Assembly: GCF_036321535.1 (NCBI RefSeq)
Contig: NC_087437.1
Coordinates: forward strand, 3,472,001-3,536,000
Reading direction: 5' to 3'
From: Camelus dromedarius
Lineage: Eukaryota
DNA: 64,000 nt
Under the pieces are notes generated by a model that was not told where the DNA came from, did no database searches, and saw only the letters and a list, made by a program, of their open reading frames with translations. Position 1 is the stretch's first letter. Every line of letters starts with the position of its first letter. Positions 39,600 through 53,265 of this stretch are shown in pieces. The position numbers were made by a program, and so were the translations under genes.

Positions 39600-41720
39600 T
39601 GGGTTGGAAAGATATCCCATGCTCACGGATTAGAAGAATTAATACTGTTAAAATAATCATCTTACCCAAGGCAGTCTACAGATTCGATGCAATCCCTTGT
39701 ATAATAGCAATGGCATTTTTCATAGAACTAGAACAAATAATTTAAAAATTTGTATGGAAATCCAAAAGATCCCAAGTACTCAAAATCATCTTGAGAAAAA
39801 AGAGCAAAGCTGGGAGTTTCTCACACTCTGATTTCTGACTACAGAGCTACAGTAATCTAAACAGTGTGGTACTGGCGCAGATACAGACACACTGATCAAT
39901 GAGACAGAATACAGAGCCCAGAAATGAACTCACACTTATACAGTCAATTAATCTACAGCAAAGGAGGCAAGAATACACACTGGAGAAAAGACAGTCTCTT
40001 CAGTAAATGGTATTTGGGAAAATGGAGCAGCTACATGAAAAAGAATCAAATTAGACTACTGTCTCACACCATATACAAAAACAAACTCAAAATGGATTAA
40101 AGACTTAAATGTAAGACCCCAAATCATGAAACTTCTAGAAGAGAATATAAGCAGTTTTTCTTTGATGTTGATTTTAGCAGTAGTTTTTTTTTTTTTTTTT
40201 GGATCTGTCTTCTCAGGCAAGGGAATCAAAAGCAAAAATAAATAAATGGGACTACATCAAACTAAAAAGTTTTTGCACAGTGAAGGAAACTATCAACAAA
40301 ATGAAGAGGCCACATCTACTGACTGGGAGAAGATACTTGCAAATGATATGTCTGATCAGGGGTTAATATCTAAAATATATAAAGAATTCATACAACTCAA
40401 CATCAGAAAAACAAGCAACCCAATTAAGAAACGGGCAAAGAATCTGAATAGGCATTTTTCCAAAGAAGGCACACAGATAGTACACAGACACATGAATAAA
40501 CGCTCAGCATTGCTCATCGTCAGGGAAATGCAGATCAAAACCACAGTGAGATAGTGCCTCACACCTGTCAGAATGGCTATTATCAAAAAAGGCAAGAAAT
40601 AACAAGTGTTGGTGAAGATGTGGAGAAAAGAGGACCCTTGTGCTCTGTTAGTCGGGATGTAAATTGCTGCAGCCACTATGGAAAACAGCACGGAGGTTCC
40701 TCAAAAAACTAAAAGTAGAACTACCACATGATCCAGCAGTTTCACTTTTGGGTATTTACCTGAAGAAAACAAAACACTAATTTGAAAAGACATATGCACC
40801 CCATGTTCACTGCAGCATTATTTACAACAGCCAACATATGGAAGCAACCTAAGTGTTCACCCCCGGATGACTGGATAAAGAAGATAAGGTGTATAAACAC
40901 AATGGAATATTACTCAGCCGTAACAAGAATGAAATCTTGTCGTCTGTGACCACATGGTGATTACACTAAGTGAAATAAATCAGAGGAGAAAGACAAATAC
41001 CATATGATTTCACTTAGGTGTGGAATCTAAAAAACAAAATAAGTGAAAAAACAAGCATAACAAAACAGAAACAGATGCACAGACAGGTGAGGGAGATGAA
41101 GAGGCACAAACTTCTAGTTACAAAATAAATGAGTCACAGGAGATGAAATGCACAGCACTGGGAGCACAGTCAGTAACACTGTAACATCTCTGTATGGTGA
41201 CAGATCTTAACCAGACTTATCATGGGGAACATTTTGTAACATACAGAAATATCGAATCACTATGTTGTGCACCTAAAACTAACAGTGTCACAGGTCAATT
41301 ATAGCTCAACAAACACATAGAAAAAGATCCAGTTTGTGGTTATCTGAGGTGGGGGCTGTGGGGAGGGGGAACTAGATGAAGGCACTTAAAAGGCACAAAG
41401 TTCCAGTTATAAGATAATTAAGTACTAGGAATGTACAACATGATTAATATAATTAACACTGCCATACATTATAGACGAAAGTTTTAACAGCTTAGGAGTA
41501 AATCCTAAGAGTTCTCATCACAAGGAAAAAAATTTTCTTTTTGTTTTATTTTGTATCTATGAGATGAAGGATGTCCACTAAACTTACTGTGATAATCATT
41601 GCATGATGTGTTATGACATGTAAGTCACTTCGTGATGTAAGTCCAGTTGTCATGCTGTGCACCCTAAACCTATACAGTGTTATACGTCAGTTACATCTCA
41701 ATAAAACTGGAAGAAAAAAT
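39600..41720 (+). mobile_element. L1 (~2.1 kb), 3' half of ORF2 plus 3'UTR, degraded
   Basis: Continuous ORF2 homology (atcccatgctcacggattagaaga...[22 protein letters not shown]...[10 protein letters not shown]), ending in aataaaactggaagaaaaaa. Confidence 0.9.
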
Positions 41721-42149
41721 ATTTTTGAAAAGCATTTGATATATAACTGTGCAGATTTTGAAGGCATTCAAGAATGCAGCCAGTAATATATTATCTATTT
41801 AAATGTTTTACATTGATATTTAGCCAATTAAAATAAACCGGTTCTTTTGAAAGGAGGAAAAAAGGGTAGAGTCAAAACTCAACAAACTCAGCAATAAACG
41901 TGAGACTTTCTGCTTAACCTGTGGCTCCTGGTGGTGGTTAGGGTTTTCAGCACTGAACGGACGATAGATATTTCAAAGTAATATAGGAACAGCTGTGCTA
42001 ATTTATTCTAATTTTATCATAAACATGCTTCATTGTTTCAAAACAATGCCTATTGCCTCCCGCTGGGAGAAGCACAAGTTTGCTACAACGCAGGCGTGGT
42101 CTTAACCGGAATCAAAGACATAGAACATATTCGATTTATGGCTTTAGGG

Positions 42150-42180
<31 letters not shown>

Positions 42181-45100
42181 GAACTAGGGAGTGTAACCAG
42201 GAGACACCAGGAAGACTGAAGAAGCAAACCTTGGGCAAGCCTTGGTCCGAGAACATGGACGTCACTGAGAAGTCCTGGACCCTGTGACCCCTCCCCCCCA
42301 ACCCGGGACACCGGTTTGCAATTGACAACCGAAGGGCCTCTTTAGGGTTGTTTTCTTGGAAGCAGCATTTCAAATCTGTGGGAAAGTTTTGTGAAAAAAC
42401 CTAACAGAACAAGCATCTTCATAGTCAGTGACACACCAGCTCCCAGAGTCAGGGATGTAAAGCGGCAACTGGAGGGTCAGGAAAGAGGTGTGAGCAGGGA
42501 GGCATCGGCCGGGTGTCCGTGGACGCCTGCGCTAACACGCTTCCATGTCACATGCGAACAAACAGAGACGTGGAGGCAAACGGGCTCGTCTGAGACCACG
42601 GAGAAAGAGGAGGAGCCCAGCTGCAAACCCCGATTGTTCAGATTCTACAGTCTGCGTGCCGCTCATTTCAGTGATTTACCTCTGATACCTCCCACTGTCA
42701 CTGAAATGGAACAAATGGAACTCGGGTACGAGTGTGTTACACTTCAGCTGGTGTGTGCACACACACACGTGTTTAGAAAAAGTATGTACAGAAGACCTTT
42801 TCGGGGAAAGTTGATGTCCTGAGGACACAGATGTGAGCAAAAGCCATAGAGAAGGAGGGCCTGAGGCGCTGGCCCGAGGACACTGATTTTCTCCTGAGAC
42901 GACAGAGAACGGAATGCACTTGGGAATGGAGGGCACTGTGTGGGTTGGGGGGTGGCAGCGGACAATGGGCTGCACCTCGGGAGTCCTCATCAGGACTAAA
43001 GCCTCCTTCCCCAGGCGGGAGCACTGCCTCCTGCATTCCTGCAGCTGGTGACTGGTGGGTCCAGGGCTCTCAAGCCCCATCCCCTCTAGCCAACATGGGA
43101 CAACTTTGCAGGCAGGGTCACCCCAGCTTCAGTGCACCCATGCAGTTGGCAAGGCCCCCTGAGACGGTACTGCAGCCCAGCTCACCCTTGGCCCCGTCCA
43201 GCTTCCTTTCCTCCTCCACATCGTGGACCCAGACAGCCGGCCCCTGCCGGAAAACTTCCTGCATGGAAATCATCTCAGAGCCTGCCTTCCAGTGAGTCTA
43301 CCTGTGACAGGTAATAGCATTTTTAAGAACAGGGAAGCCTAATGATCATTTGAAGCTGCTTAAGTCCTAGGGACATGAAGCCTTTACCACCAGCTTCCAA
43401 ATCTACAAAAAAGTCCAGTGCCCATAGAGGTGATGGAGGGAGCAGGGATGTTAAGCAAAATGAGTAAGGAGGCTACATTTTCAGTCTCAGCCAATATGGC
43501 GTGGGATAGAGGCAACAGAGACAGAGAAGGAGATGCTCAGGGTACCCGGGGGTTTGCAGATGTCCCAGGGAGGGCTGTGAGCCACCCAAGCACCACACTT
43601 AGGATGTGACCCAAAGGTCCCCAGCTGTGGAGGGGCAGGACAGGCCGGCCGGCACGTGGGTGACAGCTGCGAGGCTGAACCTACCTTCACAGGAAGAGGG
43701 GAGTCGTTCCTAGGGCAGGAATCAGACAGAATGGCCCCATCCGAGGGAGGGGCGTCAGCTGAGCAGTGCGAGGACCTGTCCATCCCTGAGCAGGAAGGGG
43801 CCGCCTCAGAACTTCCTGGGTGTGACCACACGGGGTGGTGCTTGGTGCTCACCCCAGCCTTGTGAACCACACTCCTGGTGGCCAGCCTCCCTCGCCAGGT
43901 GCAAGGCTTCTCCCTGACGCACGAACAACACAGCCCCTCCCGTCTGACAGGCTCTCAAGGAAAGCACGATAATTGATCGTAGACCCTCTCTTGAAGCTGA
44001 CGTGTAGATTTGGAACGGCTGCTGCTCTGTGGGGAAGGAGCCCTCGTTTGCTGGTCCCCAAGCCCTCCTTACATACAAGCTGTTGTTTGTTGTTTTGAAA
44101 TTGAAATGCTGCTTTCAATCAGCGGCTCCTTCAGAAGTGCTACCCAACCCCGACCTTTTATTAACGAGAGGGAACACTTGAGACACAACGAACACCTCTT
44201 CAGTGAGATCTGAAAAGCAGAGGAGAAAACCACCACCGCTGCATCTGTTTCTCCACTGAAGGGTTATTTCAATCAGCAAGACCCAATGAGCTTTGCTCAT
44301 AAAGCACTTGGAAACCTCAGGCAGCAAGTTCTTTGTATTAAATGTCTACATTTGACCAAGGAGAAGCCCGAGCTGTTGAAGTACAGAGGCAGTCCCCACT
44401 GACCCCGATAGCACGTGGCGGGGCGGAGGCCGGCGGCAGCAGCCCGAGCCCGCGCACTGGCTGTGGCCCGGCGTCTCCTTAGCTCTTCTGTCACAGAGTC
44501 TTCATCCTCAACGGGCTGGCACGTCCTGTGACCACCGATGAGAACGAGTGCTGCTGCCTGCTGCCAGGCTTGTGGTACTCGAAGGGCCCCTTAGAGTTCC
44601 TGAGGGACCCAAGCCTTGTGTCACTTGCTGGCACTGTCACCACCCACCTCAGTGGTGGTTCCCAGCGGTGGTTTTAGAAGTAACCAGGTTTCCATTTGAA
44701 ATGTAGCTCTGCCACTTGCCAGCTGTGCGACAGTGGGGCCGTTTCTCCGCCTCCTCCTTTAGAGCAGAGAGCGCTGCCCACCCCGTGGGGACGCGGTGAG
44801 CGCTGCCCAGGGTGGGGTGTCCGGCTGGGCACGCTCCCCGGCACGGAGGAAGCAAGCTTCCCTCCGCAGGAACACTGCCACGGCTTTGGTCTGGTTCAGA
44901 ACCTGAGCTGACAGTATTGCCAGCCTCGTGCTACTCTGTCTGGGGAACATTTCTCACACGCTTCCTGCTCTACCGCCATTTTTACAAGTGGTTGCTGCTG
45001 TGCCATGAGCTCCGTATCAGGTTAACGAGAAGGACAGGACAGTAAAGGCCGTGGACTTCTCATCTTCAGTGTGACCTTCCTCAGTCAAGGCCTTCCTGTA

Positions 45101-45949
45101 GTTGAAAGTATCATTTCAAGAACTTGGATGGAGCCATCCATTCAAGAGTGAGCCAATGACCACGTGTGACCTCAGTGTTACGTATAGAATCTCCTGGTGC
45201 CTTCTACAGCCCCTAAAGAGCTGACTTCAGCCCTTGTCACAGCACTCCACCAGGGCTGTGCTCTGACCTTGGTGAGACCTTTCCAAACAGCTGACATGAG
45301 AGTTCCACGATGAAACTGCCGGGAAACTCTGGGCAGCCCTGCGGCGCTCAGGGAAGGCTCTGCCCGCAGAGCAGCTGACAACACTGTCGAGTGCCACCTG
45401 GGCAGGCTGTGTCTGCGATGTGCACATAAATACATCAGCCAGTTTTGAGCACCGGAAGGGTGTGCGCTGTGCTGGGCGTGCTTGCACAGACAAGTCGTGA
45501 GTGCGGTCCACTAAACACCCTGGGCCGGAGCAGCTCCTAAGGGCCAGCCTTCTTCCCTGTTCCTCAGTAAGGACTGTGCGCCAAGTGCCTCCCCAGAGCA
45601 GAAGCAGTGCCCATGTGGACGTGACCCTGCGCATCACCACCCTGACGTGAGTCATCCCACTTCTGACACCAAATCAGAGCCCCGGAGAGGCAGTCCTCCT
45701 ACATGTTAGGTATCTCAGCACCTATGAACCTCTTCACTACATTACACAGCTCACACAAAAATCTCCTACTAACTGGCTAGTTGAAAAAAAAGTATTGCTT
45801 TTTATTCACATGTGTGAGCAACACCATTTGACTCCCAATAAGCAATGTTTCTGGTAAACTGTGTTGGAAACCTGAGCTGAAACCTGAGGCCAAAAGTGGC
45901 TTCTTCCCTTCCACTCCAAATCTAGACTTTGAGACATTTTGAGAACTCG

Positions 45950-46680
45950 ACTCTCAAGTGTGTTTGCTGAGAGAGATGAAAATACAGCAACCTAAATTGC
46001 AAAAAATATACCCAAAGCAAGTAAAATAGACACCACAGTGAAAGACTACATTTACAAAAAGGATAAATAGAACTAGGAAGATAATATAATACAAAAGGTT
46101 GATAATGTACTCTGTGTGGAAAAGGAGGAGAAGGCATTCTCGTACACTGCTGCTGGGAATGCAAAATGATGTTTGGAAATAATATTGTGTTTTTATAACC
46201 AAATATAATATATAATAACCAAAATAATATTGTGCATTTGTCCTTTGACCAAGAAATTCCACTTACAGAAATCTCTCTCAAAAGGTAAACTGGCAACAAA
46301 ACAAAAAAGCTGAGTGCACAATGTCATTCAGTATAGAACTATTTGTAATAGCTAAGGACTGGGAACCCCATATGACCACCTAGGGGACAGGTGAACAGAC
46401 GGCAGTCCATCCACACGAAGGAAATGCTGAAAGCTATGTGCAGAATGAAGTGTACTGCTACATGCTATTGTGACGTGATCTCCAGGGTATGTTCCCAAGT
46501 GAAGGCAGTAAAAGTTGCATAATGTGCTATCAATTTCTTAAGAATATATCAATTTCTTAAAAAATATTTGAATATATTTTAAAAATGAAAGAACAAGCCA
46601 TAAAAAATTAAAAAATGATTCCCTTCTGGGAAGGGGAGACCTTAGGGTAAGGCGTCATGGATAGATGCTAGTCTTCCTTA
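45950..46680 (+). mobile_element. Old L1 (L1ME-like) fragment
   Basis: cattctcgtacactgctgctgggaatgcaaaatg...tttgaccaagaaattccact. Boundaries approximate. Confidence 0.5.
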
Positions 46681-46698
46681 AATATGCCCTTTTGTTGT

Positions 46699-46816
46699 GG
46701 GGGGGGGAGGTATAACTCAGTGGTGGAGCGTGTGCTTAGCATGGACAAGGTCCTGGGTTCAATCCCCAGTACCTCCATTAAAATAAATAAAACCTAGTTA
46801 CTTTTCCCACCACCCA
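46699..46816 (+). mobile_element. tRNA-derived SINE (Vic-1-like) with TSD
   Basis: GGGGAGGTATAACTCAGTGGTGGAGCG...GGTTCAATCCCCAGTACCTCC, with a 14-bp TSD AAATATGCCCTTTT at 46680-46693 and 46817-46830. Confidence 0.85.
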
Positions 46817-49639
46817 AAATATGCCCTTTTATGAATTTGACTTTGGACACATGGAAACACTTCAAATAATCAAGAAACAAAAGTAATAAAACAAAGGCAG
46901 TTTCTAAAAATTTAAAACAAAGAAGCATCTGTGTACGCACACAGAGACTCACGACACAGCTCAGTGCAGGTCAGTGTGTGGTTGGGAGGAAATCCCTGAG
47001 GGGAACCCCGTGAGAGAGTTAGAGGCAGCAGAGCTCGGAGCTCCCGCAGGGCCGGGACAGTGCCTCCCCCCACCTGCCAGATCCGCGTTCAGTACCACAC
47101 TGTAGACTTCGCTGGCCACAGAGCAGAACACACACGAGGGTCTTGCTGTGGTCATGGGCAATAAGCAGGCATAGTTTCACTGCTGCTCTGGTCCCACGTA
47201 GCACAGCTGTATAAAGTTATTTCTGAGTAGCTCAGCTGCATCTAAAAACAAAGCTCAAGACTGTTTACTGGAATACAAAAATACTCAGTGCCCTACAAGG
47301 CAAAATTCACAATGCCTGACATTCAGTAAAAGATCACCAGGCACACTAAAAGCAGGAAAATATGACCCACAACAAGGAGAGAAGTCAGTCCATCCAGACT
47401 AACCCAGAAACCACACCCATGTCAAAGCTAGCAGACGAGGGCAGAGATGAACAATACGATGTCTGAGATGAAAAATACGCTGGATGGGATTAGACACTGC
47501 AGAAGAAAGGATTTGCTAAATGGAAGCCATAGCAATGGAAACTATGCAAAATGAAACAGATGGCGGGGGTGGTGGGGGGAAGGCTTAAAAAAATGACCAG
47601 AGCAGCAGTGAGCTGTGGGACAACATCAAGAAGCCTGATATATGTGTCCCAAAAGCAGGGACACACATCCATGCAGACAATATTTTGTTTTTCCTGTGCC
47701 CTCTGCATGAATTGGCAATGCAGAGGTGATTCAGAGCTGTGGTCACCACAAAGAGATGCCACCCCTCTAGGGCCCAGATGCACTTCAGGGAATCAAACTC
47801 CAACTGGAGAAATGGGCTCGGGTGCTCCCTCAGACCCTCAGGCCTTCTCTATGGCTTCTCACTCTCAGGCTGAGTCTCAGTGATGTGGATCCCATCCCAA
47901 GAACTTGGTCCAACTGACCAAGACAGTGGAGGCCATTCCTATCCCCACTGTCCCCAGGCACTAAGGCAAGAATCTGACAAGTCCCTCACAGGGAAGCCAG
48001 AAGTTCAGCCTCGGAATTTCCTCAGTAGCAAATCTCTCTAATGACAGACTTCGTGGGTCCAAAAACCTTAGGAACAACTGCTCTGAGGTGCCTGAGACTT
48101 AATCCCAAACCTGGCTCTCCTCATGACAATTCTCTGGGAAATAAAGGGACTCAGAATGGCAGGGCCTAGCATGTAACTATTCACAGGTCTACATTCATAA
48201 CCACAGTTGTTCTCCAGTGCCAACTGCTAACCATTCATTCAGACAGAGCAGGCCTTCATGGCCTGACTCACGGCCTTGGCCTGGGTGAGTGACAGGCGTG
48301 GTCCCTTGGGGACAGTGTGCCACCTACATCCTCACTGCTGCAGGCTGACCTGCCGTCATTCCATAGGGCCTCCAGCGAGCGTGGAGCCAGGCCTGGAATT
48401 GAAACCAGTTGATGGCGGTAAAGAAAGCTCTTCTTAACAGAAAACCAGAAACCCCCGCCCTGAAGGTAGAGGCTTCCGGAGGCCCATGGAGGCACAAAGG
48501 CCCATCCACTCATCCATCCATCCATCCACCCATCTATATACGAATAGCAACATCTCATCAAATGTACGTGGAAATTCCTCAGCCAGTAAGGAGGTCCACA
48601 CCGATTTCTTGTGATTCTGCAGACATTCCAATGACTCTGAGTGGCGCCACCTAACAACTGCTCAGGAGACTGCTGCCTGGGCCCCTGTAGGGAGTTCCAT
48701 TTGTGGCTGGTCTCCAGCAGGAGTAAGCAGTGGCCCTGACAGCAAGCCAAGTGCTGGAGGACAGTACATGGTTGGCTTTCACATTCAACAACTTCATGAC
48801 CCTGTCCCAGAGAACTGGTCCCTCTGTTTGCATGCTAAAACAATGCTCGACAAACGTCCTCACGCACAGCTTCTTTGCCCACAGATGCCCTCAGGTATAA
48901 AACATCACTTAACAGGCTAGAGTGTGCCAACACCTCCGGATATTTGGCTTAGGGCTCTCAAAAGGAAGCAACCACCTGTATACTGAGAGGCTATTTTAAG
49001 TCATTAACATTTATTGAGCATTTACTCTGTGCCGTGAAATACCCTAAGTGCATTTCATCTATTCGTAATCCCAGCTAACCCTCAGAAAACCCCATGAGGT
49101 AGGAACCATTACCTTTTACAGAGGAGAAGTCTCAGGCCAAAGCAGGTCGGGTAACTTGTCCGAGGACACATGCTAGCAATGAGAGGCGAGGACATAGACC
49201 CCAGCAGTCGCTGTCCCTGGCCTGGTGCCCTCCCTCCTGACTGCTGTACTGGGTCCACCCTTTCCGGACCCTGCAGGCTCACGGAACCCCAGGGTCTCCT
49301 AGCTGAGGGCACGTGGAGAAACCCTGCCCTACAACCATTGCATGATCCTCCCAACTTCCTCGCAGAGCCTCGCTCTCGAGGGAGGAGATGAAGCGGGTTG
49401 CCTGGTACCTGTAACCCTCCACACGAAGCCTTGAGAGGCACCGACAGCCAGGCTGGAAGGCTGGTTCTGAGCCAGGTCCTTATGTAAAGGTGGAGTAAAA
49501 GCCACGGAGGAAGCGAATTCGGTGGGGAAACCAGGAGTTCAGTTTTGAACATCCTGAGTTTGAAATGCCTCATGAACACCCACGGGAAGGTGTTGAAGAG
49601 CAAGCTGCAGTTCACGTGTTACTGAAAGACTGATGGATG

Positions 49640-50420
49640 AAGAGATATGAGGAGGGGTCTGCTCCTAAAAGCAGTGTGGGAGAATGGACGGCACTAGGGA
49701 CAAAACACGGTTTGCCACGAGCTGCTGCCTGTTGAGCTGGCTGATGAGTCCACTGGCATTAACAGTGCTCTTCTGGCTAATTCTGTGTATGTCTGCAAGT
49801 TCTGAAAATTATGTTTTTAAAAATTCAGAGGGACACAGCATCTCTTATATAGGATAAAAAATACATAACTTGGATCTACTCATGAGGAAATAGCCAGAAA
49901 AATCCAAACTGAGGGACATTCTACACAACAACTGGCCTTCAAAAATGTCAGTATCACGAACGATGGCACGGAACTGAGGGTATGTTCCAGAATAAATGGC
50001 ACCAAAGAGGTACAACAACTGAACACAGTGTGTGATCCGGGTCTGCATCCTGTGAAGGCCATTATTGGGGCAACTGGTAAAATCTGAATGTGGATTGCTA
50101 TATTAAATAGTACATCAGTGTGAAATTTCTTAAATTGAATCATTTACTGTGATTATATAAAGGAATGTCCTTGTTCTTCGGAGCTGCACATTTAAATATT
50201 CAGACGTGAACAGTCATGGTGAATGAAATTTATTCTCAAATTATACCATGGTAATAATAATTATAATAATTTACATATAGATAGATGTAGAGAGATTATG
50301 CAAATGTGGCGAAATGTCAACACCTGGTGAATCGGGGTGAAGGAGACATAGGTGTTTATTGTGTGATCCCTGCAACTTTTCTACAGGCTTGACATTTTTC
50401 AAAATAAATTAAAAAAAATT
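49640..50420 (+). mobile_element. Old L1 (L1MC/ME-like) 3'UTR
   Basis: aaatccaaactgagggacattctacacaac...tgcaactttttctacaggcttgacatttttcaaaataaa. Confidence 0.6.
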
Positions 50421-52264
50421 TAACATGATTAACCTGATGTAATTAGAATCCCTATAGCACACCCCTTGCGTTCCCTTCCCTACAGCTCTTTGAATAAAAA
50501 GTTACCTTCTTTACTCCTTAGAGCTGGGCACCAAACACTTGATGTTTCTGCGAGAATGCCTCTCAGACGGACCAGTTTTACACCCAAGATGTTTAGGCCC
50601 TGCAGGCCTCCCCAGCTGCCGGAGGTGACGCTAAGGGTCTGCCCTCGGCCGCCAGCGCCTGCGGGGATTGCCTTGGCTGAATAACACTGTGTCAGAGTCC
50701 CTTTCTGGGGTGGCCCGCATCTGGGGCTTGGTCGACCTGGGGTGGTACAGGCCTGGCCCTCTCACCGCGACCCGGGGGAGCTCTTCAGATCACCCCAGCC
50801 TCAGAGCTCTCTGCAGAGCTCCACTGAGGCCTCCACTGAGGCCGTGCCACAGCTGGACAGTCCCTGTGCCCAGTCTGCTTCCTCTGCCCTCCTTTCTGTG
50901 ATGTTGGCCTAAGAACACTCACTCACGGACCTCCTGCATGGTGATCCCCGTCCCTGAGTCTGCTCCCCAGAGACTGGTGCTGGCAATAACATTATGATCA
51001 TTTTGCAGATGAGAAAACGGAACCTTAGAATGAACTCACTTGCCTGAGCTCAGAAATCTGGTGCAACTGACTCAGACTGCAAATCTGCTGGCCTCCAGCT
51101 TCCCCCTTCTCTTTACCCCTTCAAATCCCACCTCTCCATGAAGCCAAGACCTAGTTCCCACTCCCCCTGGAGACATCCCCGACTCCCTTTCCTGACCCTG
51201 AAGCTCTCACAAGTCCTATCTGGGGACTTTTCTTAGCCATCACCTCAGATTACATAGCCACTGTGTTGCCGTTTAGCTTCTCAGTTAGAACTTTCCCTAA
51301 CCTCCCTGGGGACGAATGTCATTCGTAGTTCTCTGCTGTCCGCATGCTGAGGATGTGGCCAGTGCACCCTCACACGGTGAGGGAACGGCCAGATTCCCTC
51401 TCTCCGGCTATGCGCTAAGTCTTAGACACCGAGGAAACACACATCCTCAAGAGAGACGCAGCCCTGTAGCCTCCGCTTCCTTTCTGTCTTTTCCAGAGTG
51501 CACAGGGCTTCGCGACAAGGACCACAGGGATGGCGGGTTATTCTGCCAGAGGAGCAATACCACCCACGGGGGAGTGGGCCAAACTGTTTTGATCCACATC
51601 AAAAGATGAGTCAGAAAACACTTGGTCAAATTCGGCCAGACAGCAAGGAGGAAAACCGCACACCAGGAATAAGATCGCTGGGACGCATCTTGGTCACTTA
51701 TTTTGGCAAAATTACTTTCATTTGAATTATTTAAAGCATGTCATCATGTGCTAGGAAATGAGGTGTTGCGTACTTTGCAAAAGAAATGAAGCCTTCAATC
51801 AAAAATCTGACAACAGCACATTGTTAAGTTTTAAGGGCGAAATAAGTGAGTTGCTTTTCTTCTCTTGGAAGATTCTTGGCAGGGAGGTTGCAAAGCAACG
51901 TCCTCCCAGCCAGGACAGGTTTGGGGGGGGGGGGAGTTAAGTCCAAACGCCTTCGCTTCCAGTTCTGGGGACGCTCTGGTTGCCATGGGAACTGTGTTAC
52001 TAGGTGACCACTCAGAAACAGGCAGGACTTGAAAACAACAGGCATTTAAACACATTATCGGCTCGAGGTCTGGAAATAATTTTCAGCACTTTTTTTTCTC
52101 TTGTTTCCAAACAGTAGCCTAGATGATGATGCAAGAACATAAATGCCAATCAAGTGAAAATCATTTTTCCTAGACTTCCTAACTACTCCACCAGCACCAA
52201 CAGAGGAAGTCGATTTTGGAGAGAAGTTTCTGAGTTGGAATATCTGTAGGAGGGTCCACACACT

Positions 52265-52560
52265 ATACAGGCTATAGGCCCGATCTGACCTGCTATTTAT
52301 TTCTGTATATCTTGTGAGATAAGAATTCTTTGAACCTTTTTAAATGGTTGACCAAAAAAAAAAAAAAAAGCATAATATTTTGTGATACCTGAAAATTACA
52401 TGAAATTCAACCTGCAGTTTGAAAATAACATTAAAGCCTAGCCATGCTCACTAACTCACACTGTCCACGGCAGCTTTTATGTTCCCAGAGCAGAGCTGAG
52501 TAACAGGGACAGACACTGTATGGCCCACAGAACCCGAAACAGTCACCAGCAGCCCTTTAC
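52265..52560 (+). mobile_element. MER58-like hAT MITE
   Basis: ggcagcttttatgttcccagagcagagctgagtaacagggacagacactgtatggcccaca. Confidence 0.55.
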
Positions 52561-52652
52561 AGGGAGTTTCCCCAACTGGAGACGGGAGTCATAGGGAAGG
52601 CCTTAGGCTCGGAGGCTGCGTCTCTTCCTTGACCAGCAGTTTGTAGCAGGTG

Positions 52653-53000
52653 CCGTCTCAGTGCGTCCGTGCTGCTATAACAAAGCGGCACAGACTGGGG
52701 GCCTTGTAAACAACAGACTTTTTGGCTCGCAGTTTTGGAGCCTGGGAATTCTGAGATCAAGATGCCAGTGTGGTCCCTCTCCAGTGAGGCCCTCTTCCTG
52801 GGTCACAGCCGGGGCCCTCTCACCCGAGAGAAGGGGCTCGGGAGCAGTCAGAAGCCTCTTTTCTGAGACACTAATCCCACTCTGGAGGGCCCCACCCTCA
52901 CAGTTTAAGCACTTCCCCAAGGCCCTGCCTACTAATACCATCTCCTTTGGGGGTTTGGGTTTCAACACATGAATTTGGGGGAACACCTTCAGATCACAGG
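52653..53000. mobile_element. MLT1A-like MaLR LTR
   Basis: gctgctataacaaag...agactgggggccttgtaaacaacagac...ttcaacacatgaatttggggggaacac. Confidence 0.7.
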
Positions 53001-53168
53001 GATTCAGGCCTCTCCACTGGGGCTGTGTCCACCCCACTCCCTGCTGCTCCTAGGAAAGCAGAAATGCAATTTTCATGGGGACCAAAGGATGGCATCACAT
53101 GACTGATCACCCTCTGCCCGCACCCTCTCACGCTGCATTCTCCCGCGGTCAGGCCCTGGGCTACTCAC

Positions 53169-53265
53169 TCCCGCATGCGTTCCATCTTGGTCCTGGCCAC
53201 CGCGCTGTTGAAAATTGTTGGTCCTGTGGGTAGGTCTGGAGCTGAGCTGGCGAAGGTCCTTGTGT
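53169..53265 (-). CDS. NEK11: NEK11 penultimate coding exon (97 nt)
   Basis: TTTTCAG acceptor and GA|GTGAGT donor. Encodes (D)TRTFASSAPDLPTGPTIFNSAVARTKMERMR(E), similar to NEK11 'GPPIFNSVMARTKMKRMRE'. The terminal GA joins the G at 13596 to make GAG in frame. Not represented in this frame in the ORF track. Confidence 0.92.

Noticed and set aside
49741..49770. CTGATGAG resembling a hammerhead ribozyme core
   Set aside because: No stem II or GAAA follows, and it lies in degenerate L1-like sequence.
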